The notes: generated by a model from the letters alone, not told the origin. A DNA stretch of 64,000 nt from Azolla caroliniana (GCA_043228905.1 JBHGNT010000003.1:20646001-20710000); one strand, 5' to 3'. Counted from the first letter of the stretch, positions 1-12,860 are shown. A program made the numbers and translations.

Positions 1-657
1 GCTTGTTTAGTACTAAGTTGATTTTGTACATGTGTATTTGGGTCAGTTAGTGCTAACTCATTTTACATGGAGATATAATGTTGTTTACCACTTATGCCAC
101 AAATCTCACAATGAATAATGTAGTGTCTGATAGCACAACCCAAGTAAGGGCATGGAACAACCAACCCCCATGCTAGTGTGTACATAATCGCCACAAAACT
201 CCAAAGTTGGGTATGGGGTATTAGCTTCAAATAAAGAATCTCATAATGAAGTTGAATGCATAAGAAGGGCCCTTAAATATGTGGAGTGTCTAACAACATT
301 GAATCTCTGAGCTCAAGCTCAACCTTACCCATAAATGTAAAATGTATAGTTATTGTCTCCATTCTTCATTTCATTATTGTGTGTGTACATGTACTACTCG
401 ATATTTCACGATATTAAAGATATCCAAGAGCCTAGGAAAAGGTGTAATGCAACACGTAAATTATATGGAAAGTTGACGAATTTCATAGCTTCTTAGAACG
501 GTGGGTCATGCATATTCTCACATAGTTTTGTTTTAATCTCATGATTGTGACTAATGGTATTGATGTGTTTTCAAATAATGCTAAAATGATTGATGAAGTT
601 GAAGAGGAAGATTATGGGTCCTAACATGATGAAGACTTCTATACCATCCACGCACAA

Positions 658-693
<36 letters not shown>

Positions 694-1506
694 TTTTTTA
701 CTTAACAAAGTTTCCCATAATATATACCTCTTTTGTGGAGAACATGCTCATCCCCTCTCACATTCCATATTATCTTTTTTCGTTCAATCGAAAATGTTTT
801 GGGTGCCCTTGCTCCTTCAAACCATCCAATGCTATGAAACTAGATTAATCATGTTCCAAAGCAGCATTGTATTGCATCCCTAGGGCCTTTTTATGGAAAC
901 AATGCGAGAAGTGACAAGATGAGAGCCCAAGGATCGATGAAGCCAAAGAAAATGAAGGTGAAGATTGAGAAGAGATGTCAAGAGGAAAGTGAGGATTGAA
1001 TTGCCTCAACCCTGGCACCTTTTTTTGCACATATTTGAGGATGTGCAAGTTTGGGGGGAATGTCAAGATGTGTGGGGTAATAATGGGGAAAAGAACAATA
1101 ATGTTGATTTTTATAATATGTCAAGAATTCATGACCAATGGAAGAAATAATGAGGAGATGAAAATTAAAACAAAAATTAAAGGGTGGCTTAAATGGTAAG
1201 ACCTAACAACTTGAAGAATAAGATTGAGAGTTGCTTGCAAGAAAACCAAGATGGCAAGGTTCTCAGTGTGAAGCCTCGGTGCTAAGGAGGTCCAACATGG
1301 ACCTCCTCAAAAGCAATAGACAAGCAAAACATTGTTATCTTGCAAGAAGGCACTTTGTCCACTTCGCACAAAATCTCTGCACTAACGTTGTGGTCATTCA
1401 TGTCTCACCACGAGAGAACCATTTTGAGTTCTAATTATGAAAGAACTCTTTCAGTTCTTTCGTGTAGGTTTAAGTGAGAAAAGAAAAGGAACTTGACTTT
1501 GTAGTG

Positions 1507-1624
1507 TGTTACGGGCATGACCATATAATATCCCGTGGTAAGTTGTACTGTAGTACTTAATTCACGTGTATAGAATACTATGGTATAACTTACCACGGGA
1601 TATTATATGGCCATGCCCATAACA
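1507..1624. mobile_element. 118-bp fold-back non-autonomous element (MITE-like) with TGTTA...TAACA ends and 5-bp TSD TAGTG
   Basis: The 51-bp arms 1507-1557 and 1574-1624 are reverse complements with 6 mismatches, all transitions, around a 16-nt loop. TAGTG lies at 1502-1506 and at 1625-1629. Confidence 0.8.
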
Positions 1625-1915
1625 TAGTGGGTAGAACAATTATATTAATGTAGTGACAATTTTGGGATGGGTGGTCTAGAGTGGTAGGTTGATGAGAGTT
1701 TGTACAACCTTCACAGTAAAAAGGTTTTGCATGATGAAGTTCCACAAAAAAATAAGCATGTTCTCTTGTGGAGAGATTTTATGAATTAGGTTGATCTCAT
1801 GTCAACTTCACATTTATTGTCATGTCCCTTTGTGCCGAGTTGCTTGAGAGATATGATTTCAATTGGTGGGTTGGCAAATGACTCATGTTGGCCTTTAAGA
1901 GAGAATGACTCAATA

Positions 1916-2049
1916 GGTTCCACATAATAATGAGTGTTCTCTTGTGGAGAGCATCACAAGGACTTCTCTCATGTTGGGCCATTGAGCAGGGAATAAATAG
2001 GTTCCACATAAGAATGAGTGTTCTCTTGTGGAGAGCATCACAAGGACTC
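1916..2049. repeat. Short direct repeat GGTTCCACATAA-AATGAGTGTTCTCTTGTGGAGAGCATCACAAGGACT x2, with a diverged third copy near 1738-1778
   Basis: Read directly from the sequence. Confidence 0.7.
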
Positions 2050-4199
2050 AACAATAAGCTCTTGCTCAGTTCATAGCTTTCAAGGGATGTCTTGTTAGAT
2101 AAAAATAGAAACCTCTCTTAAAAAAACATGCACCACATTTGTTTCTGCTAGCAAGCATCTATTCTTATCATTCCACGAGCTCTTCATTTCAACAAAAAAT
2201 TATTTCAATCATTCACATCTATTGCATGCTTCCTTGTCATATCACTTATGCTTTGTAGCTCCATTTTTTACTTCCATTTGTTATTATTGGGATTCCCTTT
2301 CTCTTCCAATGGTCATTTCAACAAGAATCAGAAATTTTAAAAAACTTGAACCTTTTCGTCGTCACGAACACTACATTGCAAACATTGCTCTGTTAGTAGT
2401 AAATAATCATCTCTTTCGAAGAAACCAAAATCTCACATGAGGGATCGTGTATAATTACTACAACATAATGAGAATATCACCAGGGCATGAAACAAGTTAG
2501 ATTATCAATGTCATTGGGCCATTCACAATATGGTGCAAATCAATGATGTGGAATTTCATTCGTTAAAAAAATGCAACTTCACTTGGTGTTTTACATCTCA
2601 TTCTTGGAACTTGTGATTTTGTTTCCATTCTCAACCAAATGGTCCTACCTCCAAATGTTGTTGTAGTGCAACTTGTTGATGGCTAAGAGTTCAAAGTTGT
2701 TTTGGAATCCATGATCATGCATTAACAAACTATACTACCTTGTCGATTGGTTAGGTTATACACCTAACGATTAGACTTGGGAAGGGTAAACCTTTTAGGT
2801 TCAAGCATTGATTTTTGCCTAAGAAATGTCATTGGATGAGTTCAATGTTATTTCACTCTAGTGTTGTTCTTCCCACACATGTTGAACCCATTCTTTAGTG
2901 AATATTATCCATAGTGATTCTATTTTGTTCTTCTTAATATATTAAAAGTTATTGCTTCAGAAATGGTAGAGCCGTTAGCAAGCCAATGGTGCAAGTGAAA
3001 TTCAACTTCTCTCTATAGAACATGAATGAGGGGAGCTCACCTTAGAGCATACGCTCGATCCACTCGACAGTTTGTAGCAAAAATTTGTTATTTAAGTATC
3101 TTAGTTCATGCTTTGCAACTTGTGGAGCTTCTCATGGAAGGAGGGGGGTGGTATCATGAATATGCAAAAAACATAGGGCTTTTAAGATAGAAATCTTGTG
3201 CTTCTAGTCCCATTTTGGAGCGACAGATTCCAACTCCCTCTCATATTCAACCTATTGATAAAACTAGAGTTTGAAGTTATAATTGTTTTAGAATCCAAAA
3301 TCACGATGTGTGTGATCGTACTACCTCGTTGATTGGTTAGCTATACACTTAGTGATCATATATGGGAGTTGTAAAGAATCTTGTCAATGCCTTGGGATCT
3401 TGTAGCGGAATTATATTATCAATATGCTTAAACACGAAATCCCAATTCATGTATTATGGATCATGGAACTTGAGTTCAAAGGAGGGGTATGGGGTCATGA
3501 GCATATAAAATTCCATGACCTGATAATTATTTCATATTCAATATTGTATACGTTCACATTATTGTCACATGTTGTGTTGTGGTCATTGTACCGAATTATG
3601 TGATAAGTATGCATGATCACACAGTGGAAAGCATGTATCATAGCTAGGTTGCATGCACACACGAGTCTACTTATATAAGGAAGATTTCAATGTTGTTGAA
3701 TCATTTTAGCTCAATGCCAATCTTTCACATTGCTTGAGCAATTGTCCTTCATGTCTATAATAAAATTCCCTTTTCTTATTTTCTTTTCTCAATCTAGTAT
3801 TACTTTTGGCTTCAACACTTGACATGTACTAGGGAAGAATGTGGTAGGGCTCTCACTGTATTGAACCCTTTGTAGCAATCACAATTCATTCAATATTCAT
3901 GAGTTTGGTCCCTATTTTTAGGGCTATACCTACAAATTGGTGTTCCATGCTCATTTTTGCTGCAAAACCCATGCTCTTGATCTAATGTGGTGCTTGGGGC
4001 CCCATTTATTTAGTGGTAAGTTGTTAACGTTCTTTGTTTTTTAAACTTTTTTCTTTTCTTTTGCCTTTGGTTTTTGTGATTGTTCCTCTCTTTTTTCTAT
4101 TGTTGCCATCCTCCTAATTGATCTCCTTTGTTTCAACTTTTGATAATAAGACATCTTCACAAATGTCTAATTCTTCATGTAATTTAGTGTTGTTTCATA

Positions 4200-4800
4200 T
4201 TGTTTGTTTTTCTTCTTGGGTTTCTTTCTTTTCCCTTTAAACCTTTCTAATGCTATAGGAGCTTCTTCCATTATTTCAACAAATTGATCATCATTTCCCC
4301 AATTGTTTGTGCAATGGCACCTCTCAAATCCATTCTCAAAGTTGAAATAAAGTATTCTACGAGCATAAATTGCATGGGACTTTCCTTTAGTGCCAGTCTG
4401 TTGTCGCGTTGTTAAAATGCTTGGTTATAATCTTCCAACAAATTATCTCCTTGTTTGAAACTTTTTTATTTATCCTCTAACATCATTTAATGTCTTTTCA
4501 AGTTTGAATTTCTTTAAAAATAATGTAATCAAGCTTTTGAAATGCTAGTTGTTAGCCAATCCAATGGTTTCTATTTATGTTGTGCTCGAATCCTCCGCCC
4601 TTTCCATTTTTTTTGCTTTGAAACGCATTACACGAGCAATTAGATTATATATCATCGAGGAATAACCGCGTGAGATTTATAATTTGGATGTATATTTCCC
4701 TTGTTGTTTTCTTCAAGTGTTGAAAACAATCTTCTCTCTAATCCTTTGTTTGACCAAGTTTCGAGTTGTTCTTGATGTCATTCACTTTGTTCTTTTGGCA
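4200..4800 (-). mobile_element. Highly degenerate Ty3/gypsy gag-like remnant
   Basis: Minus-strand translation near 4410-4465 gives FKQGDNLLEDYNQAF*, resembling the retrotransposon gag Q-G-x-E/D-x-V-x-D-Y motif. There are many stops and the boundaries are approximate. Confidence 0.35.
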
Positions 4801-6165
4801 ATAAGATCCTCCAACTATATTTTATAGTTTTCTACTCATATTAGTCTTGTAGCTTGAGTCCGTTGGCCTTTCTTACCTTCCCTTACACAATATATGAAAT
4901 ACACTTCCTTTCTCTCCGTTTTTAGTTTCTATAAAACCTCCATTTTGATATTTGATGCATGATCACTGTTGTTCATGCTATTATTGACACATGCATCATC
5001 ATAATATGAAAATATGTAAATCAAATTGCTTCTAAATCCTTTCCCTAAATCCTAAAATCTCAACTTTGATATTTGATGTCTAATTACTATTGTTTGTGCT
5101 ATTATTAACACATGCATTTTGAGAAATATTGAAATAAATTGAATTGTTTCTAAATCCTTTCGTGCTAAAGAAGGAACCTATAAGATCACCAATATTGTCG
5201 GGAAGATTTGTAAGTTGTAGATCAAAATGTTGCTTAGGGACTTCACAAATCACTTAATACATAATAATGACAAACAGATAATGGCTTGAATTCACGTAAT
5301 ATATTAAGATAATTGAAATAATCGAGTTCTAAGTACTAGTATTAATGAACTGTATTCATACATTTGTCTAATAGTATGCACTTTAAAATGACATACATTC
5401 TCTCCTTACAAAAGATCACATAAAACTATCTAGAGTGTACACAATCCCAATAAAATAGTTTAGTGTGAAACTAACAAGAGCCATTTTACTTGTCGGGTTT
5501 TACTTGAATGATGTTCACACATAGGGAAGTGATCCTTACTTGGTCAACCCCTAAAATACGAAAAAAAACCACTCACACTCACGGAGTTTTGAATAGATGA
5601 CATCCTTAATAGCGGAGACAAAAAAGAGGGAGAAGAAACTCTTAGTCAATGTTGTGACTAAGTCACACTTTAGATTGTCAACTAAGTTATAAAATATAAA
5701 ATGTTCACATGGTTGTATGGATGCACATAAGTAGTTGGCTATATAAAAAAAACAAAGCAAATCAATGGTCTAACCTTAGTTATATCCCAATGTGGTTTGC
5801 CTAGGTAACGAGTAAGTAAGCTATAATCCAAATTTCAATTGTGTTGTGCACCTTTCCCTTGCCACACAAACCCTCTATGATTAGGTTGTGCACTCTTTTG
5901 ACAAACCGAAAGACCCTTCTACTTACCGGGATTACCTCTCTTTGGTTTCTGGCCCCCATCCAATCAGTGAAATCTGCGCAGACAATATGTGTTCTTCGAG
6001 AAGATGTCGTCCACACTTGTATTGCGATTGCCACTACGACATGAATATTTGTTCTCTCTTTCTCTTCTCTTTCAAGGCCTCCTCCGAATGATCGAATCCC
6101 ACGTAAGCTCGCTCTCTCAAAAGTCCAAGGGTCAGCAGAGGTTCAAGCATGTCTTTTTCGTGATT

Positions 6166-6169
<4 letters not shown>

Positions 6170-6203
<34 letters not shown>

Positions 6204-6334
6204 GAGATAGCGACACCCCCATTGGAATGATGGCCAGCTTAAACGAACAAGCAAAAACAACTGGCATGAGGAAGGAGACACAACACAACACAACACAACA
6301 CAACAACACAACACAACACAACAACACAACATGA

Positions 6335-6365
<31 letters not shown>

Positions 6366-6438
6366 GGTATGGAATTATTGCCAAGACATTGGAAATTGGG
6401 AAAACACACAAGCACACACCACTTTTATTCTCATAACC

Positions 6439-6477
<39 letters not shown>

Positions 6478-6841
6478 GTGTGTGTTCTATTTGTCCGCGC
6501 AGGTGTGAAAAGGGCCACAAAAGAAAAAGAAAAGGATTTATGGAGGAAGAAAGAAAAGTAAAAGAAAAACATCCTTTTATTTTTATTTTTGTTTTCCAAA
6601 AAGTGTTGCAAAAGTGAACAAGAATGGGACCAGCAATAATAAAAAAAAACAATATTAAAAAAAGAAGAAGAAGAATGCGATAAGACGGGATTTTGGGGGG
6701 GGGGGGGGGGGGGGCACGTTCGTATGCTGACGTGGCAGGGGAGGGGAGGGGGGGGGGGCTCAGATACCAATGACTGATCCCCCCACGTTCTGTCTCCGAA
6801 CCCCCAAAAAAACATCTTCTTGGACTCCGTGCGGCGACTCG

Positions 6842-6878
<37 letters not shown>

Positions 6879-7140
6879 GTGTTCTGTGTGTGTGTGTGTC
6901 TCTGTCTCTGTCTCTGTGTGTTATGGGCGAGAGAGAGAGAGGCAATGAATGAATGAACAAATTATGCAGAGAGACAGACAGAGACAGAGAGAAGAAAGAG
7001 AGAAGAGAGAGAGAGAGAGAGAGCTTGCTGCTTCGTCTCCCCAACACAATTGTTTTTCCGCCTCCTTTGCTTCCTTTCCTTCCGTCTGTTTATCCCATAC
7101 ATAACATACATATATACATAACATATAACATACATAGATA
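6170..7140. repeat. Microsatellite cluster upstream of SPL: (AG)n, (CAACA)n, (CA)n, (TG)n, G20, (TC)n, (GA)n
   Basis: Simple repeats are visible directly. The G20 run is at 6695-6714 and a TGACGTGGC box is at 6728-6736. Confidence 0.85.
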
Positions 7141-7151
7141 GTTCTTTCTGC

Positions 7152-10100
7152 ATGGCGCCTCTCTCTACCTCCTCCAAGCTCCCCCCCGCCATGGCTCCCT
7201 ACCTCCCCCTCACCTTCACCCCTCCCCCATCCCTCGACTTCTGCCCCCCTCATTCTCACCTCCCTAACCCTAACCCTAACCCTACTCCTCACACCCTCCC
7301 TTCCTCCACTTCTTCCACCTCCTCAAACCCTAATAATCCCTTCCCCATCCATGCCAACTCTGCTGCTCTCCCACACCCCCACTCTTACTGGAACCCTGAT
7401 CAGCCGCCGCCGCCGCAGCTCCATTTCTCTGCTTCCTCCAATTCGTCCCGTAATCCGGAGGAGGAACGAGGCGGCGATCTTTGCCCTGCTTGGCGCACCA
7501 TCTCCGATCCCAGCACCCTTCAGCTTAATCACGACACCTCCAGTACCGTCTCTACGCTCCCCCTGCAGATCACCGGCTTAGATCATGGCCATGGCGCTCC
7601 TGCAGCTCTAGGTCATTCTACCACAGACCATCGTCGCCGTCATCATCCTCATAATCATCTTCTTCTTCATGAGGATGCTCGCGCCTTCCTGACAGATCAG
7701 TCCAGCAGCTTTGCCTCGTCGAAGCTTGAGTCTGCGGCTGCTTCTGTGATCAAGGCGGAGTCCCCGGCAAGTGCGGAGGAGGTTTTGATGAGCCATGGTG
7801 GAGCTGGAGCTGGTGGTGCTGCCACAGCGAAGAGATCAGGGTCAGAGAAGAATGTAGCGATGGAGCGGCCAGGAGGAGGAGGAGGAGGGATGGCCATGGC
7901 CATAGCCAGTCTAGAAGATGGAAGTATTGGGCTAAAGTTGGGGAAAAGGACTTACTATGAAGATGCTGCTGCAGGCGGAGGTGATCCTGCGCCGGAAGCA
8001 GCTTTAATGGAGAACTCGACAAGTAGCAGTATGAGCAGCAGCAGCAGCAGCACTATGGCGGTGGTGAAGGCGGCAAACCCTAGTGGGAAGAAGCAGAAGC
8101 CATCTTCTCTGTATGCCGGTGTGGTTCCGAAGTGCCAAGCAGAGGGCTGCAGTGCAGACCTCTCAGGGGCCAAAGAGTACCATCGCCGCCACAAGGTCTG
8201 CGAATGGCACTCCAAAGCTAGCAAAGCTCGAGTAGCCAACATCGACCAGCGCTTCTGCCAGCAGTGCAGCAGGTCTAAAAAAACTGTCAATGGCGTCGGT
8301 CTTTTCTTGTTTCTTTTTTAGGGTTTCTGTGCTAGGGTTCTCTGCCTGTGTCCTTCCCTGTCTGTCTGTCTGTTTGTTTTTTCTGTCTGTCCGTCTGTGA
8401 ATGCTTTGCTCGGTTTCTGCAGGTTCCATGTCCTGTCGGAATTCGACGAGGGGAAGCGCAGCTGCAGACGGAGGCTAGCGGGCCACAACGAGCGCCGGCG
8501 GAAGCCGCCTCAAGAGCCCATGTCCTTACTGTCCCCGAGCTTTGCTTTCTTCCCTGGTAAATCCGCTGAGATCTAGAATGCAGTAATTACAGTAGCAGAT
8601 TTGTCTAGATGTTAGATGCAGTAATTACAGTAGCAGATTTGTCTAGATGTTAGACGCAGTACTTACAGTAGCAGATTTGTCTAGATGTTAGATGCTGTAA
8701 TTACAATAGGAGGTTTGTCTAGATGTTAGATGCAGTACTTACAACCGGAGATTATACAGTCATTAGAGTTGGAGATTATGCCGTAATTAGAGTAGGAGAT
8801 TGTCTAGATGTAGTAATTACAGCTGGAGATTATGCAGTAATTAGAGTAGGAGATTGTCTAGAAGCAGGGATTACAGCTGGAGATCACGCAGTAATTAGAG
8901 TAGGAGATTGTCTAGATGCAGTAATTACAGTAGGAGATTGTCTAGGTGCAGTGATTAAAGTAGGAGAATGTCTATATGCAGTAATTACAGGAGGAGATTA
9001 AACAGTAATTACAGTAGGAGATTAAACAACAATTACAGTAGGAGATTAAACAGTAATTACAGTAGGAGATTAAACAACAATTACAGTAGGAGATTAAACA
9101 GTAATTAGAGTAGGAGGTTAAACAGTAATTAGAGAAGGAGATTAAACAGTAGTTAGAGTAGGAGATTAAACAGTAATTACAGAAGGAGATTAATTCCAAG
9201 TTGAGCAGTGATATGGCAAACATTTGAAATCGTGTTGGTTGTGTATATGGCTAATCTGTGCGTGCGGTGACAGATGGCCTGCGGATGAATGCATTACTGG
9301 ACCATCCATACTTCGGCCTGCAACGCAGATCTCCATCGCCATCGCCATCGCCACTGCTGTATAGCAGCAGCTCCACGCCACATCTGGCATGCCAATTAGG
9401 GTTAGGCGTGGCAGGAACAGGAGCAGGGCCATCGTCGTCTCCCCATGGCGTTGAAGCAGCACCCCCTAATTACCGCCGTGCATTTGACGCCCATCCCTTC
9501 GTGCAGTGTCTTAACTTTAATCCAGCCATAGCTACGACAAGCTCTGGGCCCAGCTATGGCGGCCCATCTTCTTCTGCTTCCCAGCTTAGCCTTATACCTA
9601 ATTCTGACGCATCGCAGCCCTCCTCTGAGACCTCCATCTCAGGGCGTGCTCTCTCTCTTCTGTCATCCACTAATTCCTTGTCTCCTCAGATAGACCTTCT
9701 TCTTCCTCTTCCTCTTCCTCCTCCTTCTGCTACTGTAGCACTGTCTAGTCTTGGTGGTGCTTCTTCGGCCCTGCAGCTAGCTGATGAGCAGGAGCAGCAG
9801 GGATCCTTCGCAGCAGGGATCCTTCATCATCACCATCGCCACCAAGCTTCTTCTTCGCCTTGCCATGGAAACAATGCAGGCGCCGCCGCTGCCTCTTCTT
9901 CTTCCTATGATGGTATAACAGGGAGCTTAATGCAGCCTGCTTTCCATAGCCTCCTGGGATCCCTCCCTCAGAAGGGCATGGCTAATGCTTTCGCCAGCAG
10001 TCTAATGAATGCTGCTGCTTCAAACACCAGCAATGCCTGCAGCTTAGCCATGGATCATGAGGGCAAATCACGCAGCTGTACCATATCCAAATTCGAAGGC

Positions 10101-10430
10101 CAATCCATGTTTTCCATGATGAGCAGTAATCACATCCCAGTGAATGAGAGCAATGCTGGGTTCCCAAATCTGCAGAGTAATCAGAACCCTAATATGAGTT
10201 GTAATCAGAACCCTAATATGAGTAGCAATCAGAACCCTAATATGAGTAGCAATCAGAACCCTAATATGAGTAGCAATCAGAACCATAGATCAGGCAGCCG
10301 TCCAGCAATTTTGGACCTCATGCAGGGTAATTCTCGGCCTCAGACTCAGCAATTGATGGTGCAGGATGCCGTCCCATACACCACAGATTTGCAAGGCCTA
10401 TCCATCTTTGGCAGACAAAGCATCATCTGA
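7152..10430 (+). CDS. SPL: SQUAMOSA promoter-binding protein-like (SBP-box) transcription factor, miR156-targeted clade, ~803 aa, 3 exons
   Basis: Exons 7152-8272, 8423-8556 and 9274-10430 join in frame through GT-AG introns. The SBP domain (CQAEGC...[13 protein letters not shown]...QRFCQQCSR|[27 protein letters not shown]) is split at the conserved CQQCSR|FH intron. An upstream GLKLGKRTY motif is present, and exon 3 encodes the RALSLLS peptide of the miR156 site. Confidence 0.95.
8573..9193. repeat. Minisatellite in SPL intron 2, ~22 units sharing core CAGTAATTACAGTAGGAGAT, unit lengths 38, 30 and 24 bp
   Basis: Read directly: four 38-bp units (from 8581), mixed 24/30-bp units (8733-8978), then nine 24-bp units (8979-9193). 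Confidence 0.92.
9641..9665 (+). promoter_or_regulatory. miR156/157 target site with overlapping miR529-type site in SPL exon 3
   Basis: 9646-9665 = GTGCTCTCTCTCTTCTGTCA, the canonical miR156 response element. 9641-9661 (AGGGCGTGCTCTCTCTCTTCT) matches the overlapping miR529-type complement with a small bulge or mismatch at the miRNA 3' end. Confidence 0.93.
10176..10284 (+). repeat. Coding 24-bp tandem repeat (NQNPNMSS x ~4.5) in SPL exon 3
   Basis: AATCAGAACCCTAATATGAGTAGC is repeated in frame, and each full unit contains AACCCTAA. Confidence 0.9.
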
Positions 10431-10613
10431 TTCATTTCATTCTATTATTATCTTTCTTTTTTTCCTTTTGAATTTTCAATTGTGTGTTTTGATTGATTAT
10501 TTCTCTTGTTTCATGACGTGTTTTATCTGTTTTTTTCTTTTGCTTTTGGCTCGAATCCATTCAAAATAACGTGCTAAAATCCACCCCCCCCCAAAAAAAA
10601 TAAAAATTCTCAT

Positions 10614-10834
10614 TGTGTTTGATGAGCAAAACAAAATAGACTGAATGGGATTGGGGGGCAATTGTTAAGATCATTATAATTCCCTCTAGTGTGAGGATTT
10701 TGTCATGTTTTGGCCTTGCTCGGATGTGTTTGATGAGCAAAACAAAATAGACTGAATGGGATTGGGGGGCATTGTTAAGATCATAATAATTCCCTCTAGT
10801 GTGAGGATTTTGTCATGTTTTGGCCTTGCTCGGA
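10614..10834. repeat. Recent ~110-bp tandem duplication downstream of SPL
   Basis: Copies 10614-10724 and 10725-10834 are nearly identical. Confidence 0.9.
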
Positions 10835-12072
10835 CGGATACCCGAAGGTTCGCGACCATCCATGTCTATGGGTCATTTAGGGTTTAGGGTTAATAAGTTG
10901 GTTTGGCCTTCATCGGTGCGTCCATGTGATAAGCAAAAACTCGGGCGCATAATTTAGGACACCGCCATTCATGCCCATTTCTTGCTTTCATGTCCATTTC
11001 TATTACTCGGATATGTCCATGCTTTCCTCTAATGAGATTACTAGATATTGATCTCAAGGATGGATTAGTATGGAACACCCGAATGGATGGGGTAGTAATT
11101 CCAGCTGTTAATCTTGACATGAAGATATAATATGACATGTGTTTATGAGTTAACCCCCCCTTTTTCACATACTTTCTGTACCTAGGTATGCACACCCAAA
11201 TCTTGGGTAGATGCTAGTGGTTGTAGCATTAAAACTCTAGGGGCACTTGTTTTTAAATCATTTTGAGCTAAAAATTTATGTATAGGTTTTGATTGTATTG
11301 CAGAGAATTGGCAACAAGCTGCATGCAAGCTAACCACATGGTTAGTCTAGTTGAAATTGGGAAAACTTTTGTCCCTAGTTGTTTCCAACTAAAGACATGG
11401 ACCCATCCCCAAGTGGTCACAATCATGAAATAACTTTTAGAAAGTAGTGGACCCACCCCCTTATTATGCACACTTACGTAGACAAATGCTTCTTCCTCGT
11501 GCTTTGATTCCTTATCTTCATTACAGAAGGCCCTTCGACTTCCAACACATGGTCTTTCATATTTTAGTTTCTAGAGTAGAGTATAAAGTTTCAATCCAGA
11601 TGTGACTGCAAATGTATTGTAAATAATATGAAATGAGCAAAGTGTGTATAATTGATATGCATGCACCTTCAAATTTGTGAGAGGCCCATTTGAAAAAAGC
11701 CCAATTTGGGGATTCCGAATCCATGATGTGTTCTTCTTTGGTTAGATGCTTGACATGTCCGAAGGACTTCCTCATACACACATCTTCAGTATAAGTGATG
11801 TGTTGTCTTTTTCTATGCAGTAACATAGACATAGTGGAAGATGGAGGCACCCCTTCATACGTAAATTCCACAAAGAACCAACTCAAACTATGAACTTTGT
11901 CTTGTAATTTTCTCTTGTAGTTGGTAACTTTCTTTCTCTCCATTATTTCTCTCATCTATAACCTCCTCTCACCACCAGTGACCCTATGTTCTCAGCAGTA
12001 ACTCACACTTCTCATTGATAATTCTCTTGTTAATAAATTCTTCCTTTGACCGCCAACTTTGTCGTAATGAGG

Positions 12073-12112
<40 letters not shown>

Positions 12113-12299
12113 ACTTCAATGCGATGGTGGTCCAAGTGTGTCTTTATGGAGTGGACGTGTGTGTGGGTTGGCACTATCTCACTTGGTGCATGGAATGAAA
12201 TAGACAAATCCGTAAAATGTATTTACATAGATGATTGGGGGTAAAATTCTCACACATCCTATCCAATCATGATACTAGAAATAGGTCCTCAGCTCGTAG

Positions 12300-12860
12300 A
12301 AGTACTAGCCATGTAAAGAGTATACAAGTATATCACAAAAGTCAAGAATATGCATGGTCATAGACTACCCACACAAGCTTGGAACATAGGATGCAAGGTA
12401 CAATAAGCGAATAAGAGCAAAATATCTATTGGAGCTCTATGTGATGTTACAAATTATGTGATCATTGAAGATAGATTACTAGAGGCACTAAAGATAAAAT
12501 GGCAAGATGTTAAAATGTCAAATTTGGAATATTATATTGCAAATATTAATCCCCAATGTTCGCCCCAATACAAGTCAAAAGCGACACAGAATGTATCCAA
12601 TCACATCTCACTACACTTCTTTGAACTTGCTCACACAAGTTAGGTGTTTGGGGTAGTGTCATGGCATCATTACCAAAATATGAAGATATGCATCAAAAAC
12701 CTAGTGTAGGATGAATATCACCAACTTATTGCATGCTCAATGTTAAAGGTAATTCCCAAGATTTATGATGACTGGTTAGACAGTCATACTCAAATTTCCA
12801 CGAAGAAGGGTGAGCATGTATGTGCATGCATTATTTTCACATCGAAAGAATTTGCTATAG
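12300..12860 (+). mobile_element. Degenerate LINE ORF2 C-terminal fragment (different family from the intronic LINE)
   Basis: Translation gives ...DVKMSNLEYYIANINP... followed by an out-of-frame TCSHKL segment, resembling the RTSSHxL region before the LINE zinc knuckle. Frames are broken. Confidence 0.35.

Noticed and set aside
5801-7292. Many short ORFs rich in CV, HT, ER and SL repeats (also at 53176-53806)
   Set aside because: They are translation artefacts of microsatellites.
8723-9001. ORF resembling a beta-solenoid repeat protein ([18 protein letters not shown])
   Set aside because: It is the translation of the intronic minisatellite. Neighbouring units are 38 bp (frame-breaking) or contain TAA, so coding is unsupported.
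8573-9193. CRISPR-like appearance of the regular repeat array
   Set aside because: Units are contiguous with no unique spacers, there are no cas genes, and the context is a eukaryotic intron.
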